From Dendrobates tinctorius (lineage: Eukaryota): 64,000 nucleotides of DNA. Location of the stretch: assembly GCF_039654945.1 (NCBI RefSeq), contig NW_027361812.1:13454001-13518000 (forward strand), in the 5' to 3' direction. The position numbers were made by a program, and so were the translations under genes. Below are positions 49,863-60,415 of this stretch, piece by piece (positions within the stretch are counted from its first letter, which is position 1; each line of letters starts with the position of its first letter). The notes under the pieces are model-generated. The model did no database searches, had not been told where the DNA came from, and saw nothing but the letters and a program-made list of their open reading frames with translations.

Positions 49863-52609
49863 GACATAGTAACATAGTTATTAAGGTTGAAGGGAGACTT
49901 TAAGTCCATCTAGTTCAACCCATATCCTATCCTAACTTGCCCTAACATGTTGATCCAGAGGAAGGCAAAAAAAACCCATGTGGCAACAAGTAAGCTTCAC
50001 ATTGGGGAAAAAAATTCCTTCCTGACTCCACATACGGCAATCAGACTTGCTCCCTGGATCAACGCAATATTAAGGAAACTAGTGTATATACCCTGTAATA
50101 TTATACTTTTCAAGAAAGGCATCCAGTCCCTTCTTAAATTTTAGTAGGGAATCACTCATTACAACATCATATGGCAGAGAGTTCCATAGTCTCACTGCTC
50201 TTACAGTAAAGAATCCGCGTCTGTGAGTATGCTTAAACCTTCTTTCCTCCAGACGTAGAGGATGCCCCCTTGTCCCCGTCACAGGTCTAAGAGTAAAAAG
50301 ATCATTAGAAAGCTCTTGGTATTGTCCCCGCATATATTTATACATTGTAATAAGATCACCTCTAAGCCTTCGATTCTCCAAACTAAATAACCCCAAGTGT
50401 AATAACCTGTCTTGGTATTGCAGACCCCCTAGTTCCCTAATAACCTTGGTCGCTCTTCTCTGCACCCGCTCCAGGTCAGCTATGTCTTTCTTATACACCG
50501 GAGACCAGAACTGTACACAGTATTCTAAGTGAGGTCGCACTAGTGACTTATATAGAGGTAAAATTATGTTCTCCTCCTGAGCATCTATGCCTCTTTTAAT
50601 GCATCCCATTATTTTATTTGCCTTTGCAGCAGCTGCCTGACACTGGCCGCTAAATGTGAGTTTGTCGTCCACCCATACACCCAGGTCTTTTTCAGTGACT
50701 GTTTTGCCCAGTGTTTTACAATTAAGCACATAATTATACAACTTGTTCGTTCTACCCAAGTGCATGACCTTACATTTATTCCCATTAAAGCTAATTTGCC
50801 ATTTATCAGCCCAAGCTTCTAGTTTACATAAATCCTCCTGTAATATAAAATTGTCCTCCTCTGTATTGATTACCCTGCAGAGTTTATTGTCATCTGCAAA
50901 TATTGAAATTCTACTCTCTATGCCCCCTACAAGGTCATTAATAAATATGTTAAAAAGAAGCGGGCCCAAAACTGACCCCTGTGGTACCCCACTGCTAACC
51001 GTGACCCAGTCTGAGTGTGCTCCATTAATAACCACCCTTTGTTTCCTATCCCTGAGCCAGCTCTTAACCCACCTACACATATTTTCCCCTATCCCCATTG
51101 TTCTCATTTTATGTATCAACCTTTTGTGTGGCACCGTATCAAAAGCTTTTGAAAAGTCCATGTACACCACATCCACTGCATTCCCTTGGTCGAGTCCGGA
51201 ACTTACCTCTTCATAAAAGCTTATCAGATTAGTCTGACAGGAACGGTCCCTTGTAAACCCATGTTGATATTGGGTCATGAGGTTATTCTTCTCCAGATAC
51301 TCCAGTATAGTATCTCTTAGAAAACCCTCCAGGATTTTACCCACAGTTGAGGTTAAACTTACTGGCCTATAATTTCCAAGTTCAGTTTTTGTCCCCTTTT
51401 TGAATATTGGCACCACATTTGCTATACGCCAGTCCTGTGGTACAGACCCTGTTATTATGGAATCTTTAAAGATTAAAAATAATGGTCTATCTATGACTGT
51501 GCTTAATTCCTGCAGTACTCGGGGGTGTATCCCATCCGGGCCCGGGGATTTGTCAATTTTAGTGATTTTTAGACGCCGCCGTACTTCCTGCTGGGTTAAG
51601 CAGGTGACATTTAACAGAGAATTTTTATCCCTGATCATGTTATCCATCATGGGATTTTCTTGTGTAAACACTGTTGAAAAAAAGTCATTTAGCATATTGG
51701 CTTTTTCCTCATCCTCATCCACCATTTCACCCAGACTATCTTTAAGGGGGCCAACACTATCATTTTTTAGTTTCTTACTATTTATGTAGTTAAAGAATAT
51801 TTTGGGATTATTTTTACTTTCTCTGGCAATGAGTCTCTCTGTCTCAATCTTTGCTGTCTTGATTTGCTTTTTACAGAATTTATTTAATCTTCTGTATTTA
51901 GTTAATGCCTCATCACTACCTACTTGCTTTAATTCGCTAAATGCTTTATTTTTGTCCCTTATTGCGCCCCTTACAGCTCTGTTTAGCCATAGTGGTTTCC
52001 TCCTATTTCTCGCATGTTTATTCTCATACGGTATATATTGTGCACAGGTCCTATTCAGGATGCTAATAAACGTCTCCCATTTTCTTTGTGTATTTTTATG
52101 TCTCAGGATATCGTCCCAGTTAATTGCACCAAGATCATCTCTCATCCGTTGGAAATTTGCTTTCCTGAAGTTTAGTGTCCTTGTAACCCCTCTACTACAC
52201 GTCTTATTAAAGGATACATGAAAACTTATTAATTTGTGATCACTGTTACCCAAGTGACCCCCAACCCTTACATTTGATATGCGGTCTGGCCTGTTGGTTA
52301 ATATTAGGTCTAGCAGTGCCGCCCCTCTTGTTGGGTCCTGAACCAGTTGTGAAAGGTAATTGTCTCTCATAGTAGTCAAAAACCCATTACCTTTGCTGGA
52401 ACTGCAGGTTTCTGTTCCCCAATGTATTTCAGGGTAGTTGAAGTCCCCCATAATAATGACTTCTCCTTAAGTCGCAGCTTCATCTATTTGCTTTATGAAG
52501 ATATTCTCTGTTGCTTCCATTATTTTTGGAGACTTATAACAAACCCCTATCAGTAATTTATTATTTTTCCCCCCTCCCCTTATCTCTACCCACAGGGACT
52601 CTACATTTT
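49863..52609 (-). mobile_element. CR1 LINE, 5'-truncated, young
   Basis: TSD CGCCCGAGAGA (49852-49862 and 52610-52620). 3' tail of CTATGTTA repeats. Long open ORF2. Confidence 0.93.
50079..52451 (-). CDS. CR1 ORF2 (partial APE endonuclease + reverse transcriptase), 790 aa open
   Basis: [49 protein letters not shown]. Upstream in-frame TAA near 52468 and 5' truncation make this copy non-autonomous. Confidence 0.9.
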   Translation of the reverse strand: MGDFNYPEIHWGTETCSSSKGNGFLTTMRDNYLSQLVQDPTRGAALLDLILTNRPDRISNVRVGGHLGNSDHKLISFHVSFNKTCSRGVTRTLNFRKANFQRMRDDLGAINWDDILRHKNTQRKWETFISILNRTCAQYIPYENKHARNRRKPLWLNRAVRGAIRDKNKAFSELKQVGSDEALTKYRRLNKFCKKQIKTAKIETERLIARESKNNPKIFFNYINSKKLKNDSVGPLKDSLGEMVDEDEEKANMLNDFFSTVFTQENPMMDNMIRDKNSLLNVTCLTQQEVRRRLKITKIDKSPGPDGIHPRVLQELSTVIDRPLFLIFKDSIITGSVPQDWRIANVVPIFKKGTKTELGNYRPVSLTSTVGKILEGFLRDTILEYLEKNNLMTQYQHGFTRDRSCQTNLISFYEEVSSGLDQGNAVDVVYMDFSKAFDTVPHKRLIHKMRTMGIGENMCRWVKSWLRDRKQRVVINGAHSDWVTVSSGVPQGSVLGPLLFNIFINDLVGGIESRISIFADDNKLCRVINTEEDNFILQEDLCKLEAWADKWQISFNGNKCKVMHLGRTNKLYNYVLNCKTLGKTVTEKDLGVWVDDKLTFSGQCQAAAAKANKIMGCIKRGIDAQEENIILPLYKSLVRPHLEYCVQFWSPVYKKDIADLERVQRRATKVIRELGGLQYQDRLLHLGLFSLENRRLRGDLITMYKYMRGQYQELSNDLFTLRPVTGTRGHPLRLEERRFKHTHRRGFFTVRAVRLWNSLPYDVVMSDSLLKFKKGLDAFLEKYNITGYIH

Positions 52610-53528
52610 CGCCCGAGAGAACGGGAGAGAAAGAGAGAGCGCGAGAAAGGCAGAGAAGTAATACAATGATGGATATGTTGTCTTAGTGGCTGGACAGGTG
52701 TGTTGTCCAGTGACAGAATTTCGGGTCTTCGCTTCGTGTATTTTAATTTGGAGAAGGAGCATGGAAATGGAAATGGTGCGGAATATATGTTGATGTATGT
52801 ATAAGACTTGGTCTGTTTGCCCATAACTTGCTATTTATGATGTACGCTGGATGGATGTTATTCGACCTTCAACTCTCCTATAACATTCAATATAATCAAG
52901 TAGCATGTTTTGGGGGTTTTGGTGGGTGGGGGATTAGGGAGGGCGATGGGGATGCTTTTCGGTATTTCACAGGAAGAAAATATTTTCAATGAAGTTAAAT
53001 TCTACGCCAACAATTTATGAGGGTTCACTTCCTGGGCCCCCCACCAATGCACAGATGTGATGGGGGGGGGTCACAATTTTGGCTTAGTGCCATTTTCTCC
53101 TTATGGCGGTGCTGCACACGGAAAACTTAGAAGGGGATGCGGCTCTACACTAATGCTTCAGCCCATTCATTTTTAGGGTAAATTTAAGGGGGGGGGGGGT
53201 CGCACCAGCTAGCAAAAACTGCTGCAGATCCTATCAGTATGCTGTCACTTTAAAACATGGGAATAAGCCCTGAAGGTTGATACTGTCAGCAATTTCATGA
53301 TCAGCAGCTTGAACCAGTATGTCTGCATTTCCGCACAGAGAGAACCAGTAAGACATGAGATCAGCTGTAGGTCCTGTATGACATAAGTGCAGGTATTCTC
53401 ACTCTGTGTACAGGACCATCCCATGGATGATTGAAAACCTATTCTAGTAAGATCCTGGCCTAAATTCTGATCCACGTAGTGCCGCGCTGACAGTTCTCTT
53501 GGTTATTCTTACAGATAATCCCACTTAC

Positions 53529-53684
53529 CTTTAGAGTTTTGAGTTGCGATGTCTCCCAAACAAGCTTTGGCCGATCCTAAGGCCACCAGCCACCTCTGCC
53601 TGTCGGCCGCACTGTCTGCGCGCAGGTAAAAGCACTGCTCCTTGGGTATATACAGATCCATCCGGCAGCTGTCAGCCTGGTGCA
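53529..53684 (-). CDS. FAPP-family gene, exon 3 (end of PH domain)
   Basis: ccttgcag|[52 protein letters not shown]|gtaagt. 156 nt. Confidence 0.95.
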
Positions 53685-54172
53685 CTGCAAGGAAAGAGAA
53701 TCAGAGCAGAGACACAGAGAAGAGATGGGAGCTATAACATGTGGGGTGACGAGACCAAAGCACCAGATCTATATTTAGGCAATATATTCAGTTTTTACAT
53801 TACATACTTCCCCTGTATAGAGCTTATGGAGGCAAAAATTTGCATTATACATTGTAATCAATAATCTAGATAAATCAAGTGTAACATACCTGCTCAAGTG
53901 CACTTTTACAAATAAATAAGTGTCCAACTTTTTCCCTGCCCTCCATGTAAAACTTCTCAGTATCCACAATAAGCTCCACAGATCAGGAACAGATCAGAAG
54001 TCCGGACTGGGGGTGAATGCACGCCCCAATTACAGCAAACGCATTTGGAGGTCTATGGGTGCCATATGCTGCTACAGGCATGTAGAGTGGCAATCGCTAT
54101 ATAAGTAAGCATCTACTCTATTATTTCTAAACACTGTTTTTCGGTGATTACTTTGTATCTACGTTCATACTG

Positions 54173-54204
<32 letters not shown>

Positions 54205-55083
54205 TGATACACCATTTGAAAGGTAAACCTGCAGAAAGACACAATGACCTGCAGGTGGCACCTCAACCGGAAGACATTTTTTGGCCTCTACTTATCAAAC
54301 TATTTTATTGTATTACCAAGCTACATATATAAATACCTGTCTGTGTTCATCATATCATGAAATACGTTTACATTTGACCAGCTTGCATTTTCTGAAATTG
54401 CCTGTGCCCCTGACGACCAATGTGCGAAAAATTCGCACGGGCCAAGTTAGTAATGATAAATAAGGTTATTGGTATCCTTTTTCCGAATGGGAAAAAAAAA
54501 TCAAAACAAAAAAAAAAAACCCACACAGCTCATACAACCCAAGAAAAATAGTGCATCGTGTGAATGAGATTTTCTATATCTTATTTATCTTGCCGCTATT
54601 ATAAAATGCTGCATTTTTTGTGTGAAAGCAAAGCAGCAAAAACGCTACATGTGAACAAGCGCTTAGAGCTTAATCAATGTTTTTATACCTTTAAGTCATG
54701 TCTGGTTGATATAAAATCAATGGAAAAAACAACTATTCTCAACTGAAGTGAGGACTTGTAAATCTGATGGCTAAAGTGCAGCAAATGCAGGATGTAACAG
54801 GTGGGTTTCAGGTCACAAATCCAGAATATCCCACTACTGGCATGTAGAGAAAGCCACAGTGGGTATACTATAACCGTGAGCATTCAGGGCAGCCGGTCTC
54901 CTCTGCGCCTGGCATCCTCGTCCCTCCATCCTGGGCGCTCCTAGCGCTTCTACATCATAAGGCTGCAGGGCCTACTAGACGTCAGAAGAGCCCAGGCTGG
55001 CAGCAGAGGATGCCAGGAACAGCCCGGCTGCCATGGAAGAGAAGACAGGATCAGTAGTATTCTGTAACAGGAGCACATATTAC

Positions 55084-55200
55084 CTCGGATCTCACACACG
55101 GCCATCTTGATGCTGCCCTTGCTCCCTTTCCCCACATCATCCTGCGAGTCATAGTAGGACAAGATGCCTCCATCCAGCACGAAGTAACGTGGCTGCCAAC
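55084..55200 (-). CDS. FAPP-family gene, exon 2
   Basis: gatcag|[39 protein letters not shown]|gtaata. 117 nt, phase 1-1. Confidence 0.95.
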
Positions 55201-55324
55201 CTGATCACAGGAGAAGACAAGAAGTGGCACATTTCAATAGTGGCAATCAAATAAATATTTCTATCTACTGACAGACAGAGACCAGATCATGGGCAGCTAT
55301 ATGATACCCATATCATCAAGCCAG

Positions 55325-56212
55325 TGGGCAGTATACCATTCAACCAGCAGGCAGTATACCAACCAACCGGCGGGCAGCAAACCATCCAACCGGCAGGCAG
55401 TATACTGTCCAACTGGCGGACAATATACCATCCAACCGGCGGACAGTATACCATCCAACCGGCGGGCAGTATACCGTCCAACTGGCGGACAATATACCAT
55501 CCAACGGGCGGGCAGTATACCGTCCAACTGGCGGACAATATACCATCCAACGGGCGGGCAGTATACCGTCCAACTAGCGGACAATATACCATCCAACCGG
55601 CGGACAGTATACCATCCAACCGGCGGGCAGTATACCGTCCAACTGGCGGACAATATACCATCCAACGGGCGGGCAGTATACCATCCAACTGGCGGACAAT
55701 ATACCATCCAACGGGCGGGCAGTATACCGTCCAACTGGCGGACAATATACCATCCAACCGGCGGACAGTATACCATCCAACCGGCGGGCAGTATACCATC
55801 CAACCGGCGGACAGTATACCATCCAACCGGCGGACAGTATACCATCCAACCGGCGGGCAGTATACCATCCAACCGGCGGGCAGTATACCATCCAACTGGC
55901 GGACAATATACCATCCAACCGGCGGACAATATACCATCCAACCAGCAGACAGTATACCAACCAACCGGCGGGCAGTATACCATCCAACCAGCGGGCAGTA
56001 TACCATCCAACCAGCGGGCAGTATACCATCCAACCGGCGGACAGTATACCATCCAACCGGCGGACAGTATACCATCCAACCAGCGGGCAGTATACCATCC
56101 AACCAGCAAGCAGTATACCATCCAACCGGCGGGCAGTATACCACAGAACCAGCAGGCAATATACGAACCAACCAGCAGGCAGTATACCACCCAACTAGCA
56201 GGCAGTATACCA
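55325..56212. repeat. 23-bp minisatellite (GCAGTATACCATCCAACCGGCGG), about 38 copies
   Basis: Visible tandem array in intron 1 of the FAPP gene. Explains the long stop-free ORFs in several frames. Confidence 0.95.
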
Positions 56213-56360
56213 CCTAGTCATGATTGTGATGTGAATCTACATGATGGATGACACCATCCCTCAGCACCTGCTGGCATAATCCTTCAAGAACATTTTACAA
56301 CGTGGATCCTCTCCGATCACAAGAACAGGGGTGCTAAATGTCCCTTTAGAATGGGCGCAA

Positions 56361-57403
56361 CCTTATTATTATTTATTTATATAGCGCTATTAATTCCATG
56401 GTGCTGTAGATGAGAAGGGGGTTACATACAAAGTTATAGATATCATTACCAGTAAACAAATTTACAATGACAGACTGGTACAGAGGGGCGAAGACCCTGT
56501 CCTTTGTGGACTTACATTCTATGGGATAGTGAGGCAGAGACAGAAGGTCGGGGGTGCAGCCGCTCTGGTGGTGGTGAGGCGGCGGCTCGGGCGGTGGTGA
56601 GGCAGCAGAATGGTTATTGGAGGCTGTAAGCTTTCCTGAAAAGATGGGTTTTCAGGTTCCGTTTGAAGGATCCGAGGGTGGTGGATAATCGGACGTGTTG
56701 AGGCATGGAATTCCAGAGGATGGGGGATAGTCGGGAGAAATCTTGGAGGCGGTTGTGTGAGGAACGAATAAGTGTGGAGGAGAGTAGGAGGTCTTGGGAG
56801 GATTGAAGATTACGTGAGGGAAGATATTGGGAGATTAGTTCAGAGAGATATAGGGAGGGGAAAGGTTGTGGATGGCTTTGTAGGTCAGTGTTAGTAGTTT
56901 GAACTGGATTCGTTGGAGAATTGGGAGCCAGTGAAGGGAGTTGCAGAGGGGAGAGACAGGGGAGTAGCGAGGAGAGAGGTGGATTAGTCGGGCAGCAGAA
57001 TTGAGGACAGACTGGAGTGGTGCAAGAGAGTTAGCAGGGAGGTCACAGAGTGTTGCAGTAGTCAAGGCGGGAGATGATGAGGGCACGTACAAGAGTTTTA
57101 GTAGATTGAGGGCTGAGGAAGGGACGGTTTCTGGGAATATTTTTGAGTTGGAGGCAACAGGAGGTGGCAAGAGATTGGACGTGTGATTTGAAGGACAGGG
57201 CAGAGTTGAGAGTTACTCCAAGGCAGCGGATTTCATGTGCGTGAGAGAGTGTGATGTTATTTACCATAAAAGATAGATCGGATAGGGAAGATACGTGAGA
57301 TGGAGGAAAGATAATGAGTTCAGTTTTGTCTACGTTGAGTTATAGGAAGCGAGAGGTGAAAAAGGAGGATATGGCTTATAGACACTCAGGGATTCTGGAC
57401 AGC
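56361..57403 (-). mobile_element. L2 LINE 3' fragment (same family as 9207-10720)
   Basis: Reverse complement closely parallels ~9700-10720. HWLPILQRIQFKLLTLTYKA; (TAA)n tail. Confidence 0.9.
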
Positions 57404-58346
57404 CTTACAAGGGGTATTCCTATCTCATACAACCCTCTAGGACATATTTTTTGCAAAATGTGCGATTTTAACCACTTGAGTGTCGTAAAATCAGCTTAGG
57501 TAGAAAAAAAGTCAATTTTGGCCTTTGCGCAAAATTCTTGCGTTCATTTATTTTGAGAACTCTGACACGAAAAAAAGTTCAAACACCACAAGTCGAAAAA
57601 TAAAAGTGACTTATAAAAAAAAAAAAGACCATTTTCAACTCTGAGTAAAATTCATGAATACGTGTCGTATTCTGCAAACCTTTATGCGCTAAACGTCCGC
57701 TCATACAGACGACCTGGGTTTGGTCTGAGTGGGGATCGCACTCGCCCCCATGTTATCCAATCAGGCAGCGCGCGTCGGGGCTCGGGGAAAACATCACAGC
57801 GATAATCAGATGACACTCGAACACTGACGTCTATGGATCCGTAGAAAACATAAGAGTGCGGAGCTATTATCATGGACTGACAGAATAAAGAAGATGGGGA
57901 AGCGGAGAAACTTTTTGTTTTTTGACAGATCTTCCTGCGTGTGCACGTACAGATAAGACGCCATGTTTACTCCAGGGTCGACGGACAGAACATCCCCATA
58001 AATCAACAGGCACGGAGAACAGACGGCATTATACGTCATATTACAGTGACCCACAACAGAAATCAGCCATTTACTGATCGGACGCTGTACAACATTGTAC
58101 CCAGACGCTCCTCGCTCTCCCCCACAACATCCTGTCCATCCATGCGGTGGTCCCTGGACTAATAGACACGGTATGAGGAGGCCCACCACAACGCCTCATA
58201 AACTCAGATACTGATGAGAACTTTCTATCATGTCTTTGTGGGAAGTCGCTCTCCTTGTGGAACCAAGATACTGAGATTTACTTCCTGGGAAAAAAATATG
58301 CAAATTAGCTCTCATCCAGAAGGAAGAATGGGAGGCTGTCTCTCTG

Positions 58347-58360
58347 CTGCCACCTAGTGG
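58347..58360 (-). promoter_or_regulatory. CTCF-like core motif in intron 1 of the FAPP-family gene
   Basis: The - strand reads CCACTAGGTGGCAG, which fits the CTCF core CCASYAGRKGGCR. Confidence 0.45.
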
Positions 58361-58618
58361 AGGTAGTCATCTGTGCCATTTTCCTCCTAAATCCTGATTT
58401 GGCCGTAAATAAACGTCAGAAAACCCCTCTCATAGTCTCCCCGCCTTTAGTCACTGGATCGGTATACAGGGGCAATGCTGGAGGAGAGCAATATACTACA
58501 AAGCCTGTGCTGCGCCAACACAGGACTACAAGTCCCAGCATTCCCGGTTTAGTGCTGCACCCAAATAGATGCCTCCGGACACGAGCCACACTGCCCGCGC
58601 CCCGGCTGCTGTACGCAC

Positions 58619-58658
58619 CAGACAAGTAGTTAGTCCATTTCAGCAGAAAACCCTCCAT
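58619..58658 (-). CDS. FAPP-family PH-domain protein (PLEKHA3/PLEKHA8-like), coding exon 1
   Basis: MEGFLLKWTNYLS(G)|gtgcgt matches the FAPP N-terminus MEGVLYKWTNYL[TS]G. 40 nt. An in-frame upstream ATG at 58673 would add MKQLA. Confidence 0.92.
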
Positions 58659-58673
58659 GGCCAGCTGCTTCAT

Positions 58674-59132
58674 TGCCACGCCCACTACCAGAGGAGGGCC
58701 TATCCCTAGGCGAGTTATCTAGGAAGGACCAATGAATGAGAGGAGAGGCGTGGCTTAGCTAAAGGAGAGAAGATTTTCTGTCCTCCTCACCCAATCCATT
58801 TTCGGAGTGGCCGCCGCGTGGATTAGTGGGCGTGTATTTAGGTTACCACGTGACACTCTACACTTTACGTCGGGTCCCTCGCTATAGGCTGCGGCTCTAT
58901 AAGCGTGCGGACTCGGAGTGTACAAAACGTTATGTGATTGGGCGGTTTAGCGGCTGTCGTTTGAACGGTGGCATGCCGGGAAATGTAGTTTTGAACGTGT
59001 AATTCTACGTGTAATTCATGTAGAGTTAGAACTACAACTCCCGGCGAACCATGGTGTTTTTGACTGCATGACCTTCCGGGGCCCTCCTTCCCGCCCCGGC
59101 CATTGTTGCTGGTTAGCGGAGAGCAGGAGGGA
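58674..59132. promoter_or_regulatory. Bidirectional CpG-rich promoter shared by TARBP2 (+) and the FAPP-family gene (-)
   Basis: Divergent start codons ~460 bp apart. ZNF143/THAP11-type ACTACAnnTCCC motifs at 58971-58990 (-) and 59031-59046 (+), with another at 58525-58544. CCAAT boxes (~58729, ~58791, and ATTGG ~58937), E-box CACGTG (~58847), GC-box-like GGGCG motifs. Confidence 0.85.
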
Positions 59133-59182
59133 ATGAGTGAGACCGAGGACTGTGGGAACCAGACGTGCCCCGGGAGTCCCAG
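59133..59182 (+). CDS. TARBP2: TARBP2 (TRBP, RISC-loading dsRNA-binding protein), coding exon 1
   Basis: ATG AGT GAG ACC... encodes MSETEDCGNQTCPGSP(S), similar to the human N-terminus MSEEEQGSGTTTGCGLPS. Ends AG|gtagga (phase 2), which matches the phase of the next exon. Confidence 0.85.
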
Positions 59183-59483
59183 GTAGGAGGCGCAGTCTGC
59201 CGGACTGTCCTCTCCACATAATGGCGCAGATAATGAATGAGTGCAGCTCTGGAGGAGTGCTGCGCCCTGTTCCGGCTGGCGGTGTCGGTGCTGCGCTCAC
59301 ACAGCGCCTCCTCTCTGGATGACCGAACCTGTCCGGCCAGACGCACACAACCTTTTGCATGGGCGCTGTGTAATGCGTCAGGTGCCCAGGGGAGGCGCTG
59401 CAGGGACACTATAGCGCCAACATATACAGCAGCACTGTACAATAAGCGGAGGCGTGTGCAGGCAATAAAGACATGACAGAGTA

Positions 59484-60415
59484 CCACACAGCTCAGCAGT
59501 TCCAGGAGGAGTGAGGTCCTGCTGGCAGCTTACAGTCTATAAGGACATGGGGGCACTACACAGCTCAGCAGTTCCAGGGGGAGTGAGGCCCTGCTGGCAG
59601 CTCAGTCTATAAGGACATGGGGGCACTACACAGCTCAGCAGTTCCAGGAGCAGTGAGGCCCTGCTGGCAGCTCAGTCTATAAGGACATGGGGGCACTACA
59701 CAGCTCAGCAGTTCCAGGAGCAGTGAGGCCCTGCTGGCAGCTCAGTCTATAAGGACATGGGGGCACTACACAGCTCAGCAGTTCCAGGAGCAGTGAGGCC
59801 CTGCTGGCAGCTCAGTCTATAAGGACATGGGGGCACTACACAGCTCAGCAGTTCCAGGAGGAGTGAGGCCTTGCTGGCAGCTCAGTCTATAAGGACATGG
59901 GGGCACTACACAGCTCAGCAGTTCCAGGAGCAGTGAGGCCCTGCTGGCAGCTCAGTCTATAAGGACATGGGGGCACTACACAGCTCAGCAGTTCCAGGAG
60001 CAGTGAGGCCCTGCTGACAGCTCAGTCTATAAGGACATGGGGGCACTACACAGCTCAGCAGTTCCAGGAGCAGTGAGGCCCTGCTGGCAGCTCAGTCTAT
60101 AAGGACATGGGGGCACTACACAGCTCAGCAGTTCCAGGAGCAGTGAGGCCCTGCTGGCAGCTCAGTCTATAAGGACATGGGGGCACTACACAGCTCAGCA
60201 GTTCCAGGAGCAGTGAGGCCCTGCTGACAGCTCAGTCTATAAGGACATGGGGGCACTACACAGCTCAGCAGTTCCAGGAGGAGTGAGGCCTTGCTGGCAG
60301 CTCAGTCTATAAGGACATGGGGGCACTACACAGCTCAGCAGTTCCAGGGGGAGTGAGGCCCTGCTGACAGCTCAGTCTATAAGGACATGGGGGCACTACA
60401 CAGCTCAGTCTATAA
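59484..60415. repeat. 70-bp minisatellite, ~13 near-identical copies, in TARBP2 intron 1
   Basis: Unit CACAGCTCAGCAGTTCCAGGAGCAGTGAGGCCCTGCTGGCAGCTCAGTCTATAAGGACATGGGGGCACTA, period 70. Confidence 0.95.

Noticed and set aside
55287-56251. Several 200-320 aa ORFs on both strands
   Set aside because: They are products of the stop-poor 23-bp minisatellite. The peptides are repetitive and the location is intronic.
59484-60415. Possible CRISPR array or satellite-2-type ribozyme array
   Set aside because: Units are contiguous without unique spacers and contain no CUGANGA...GAAA core.
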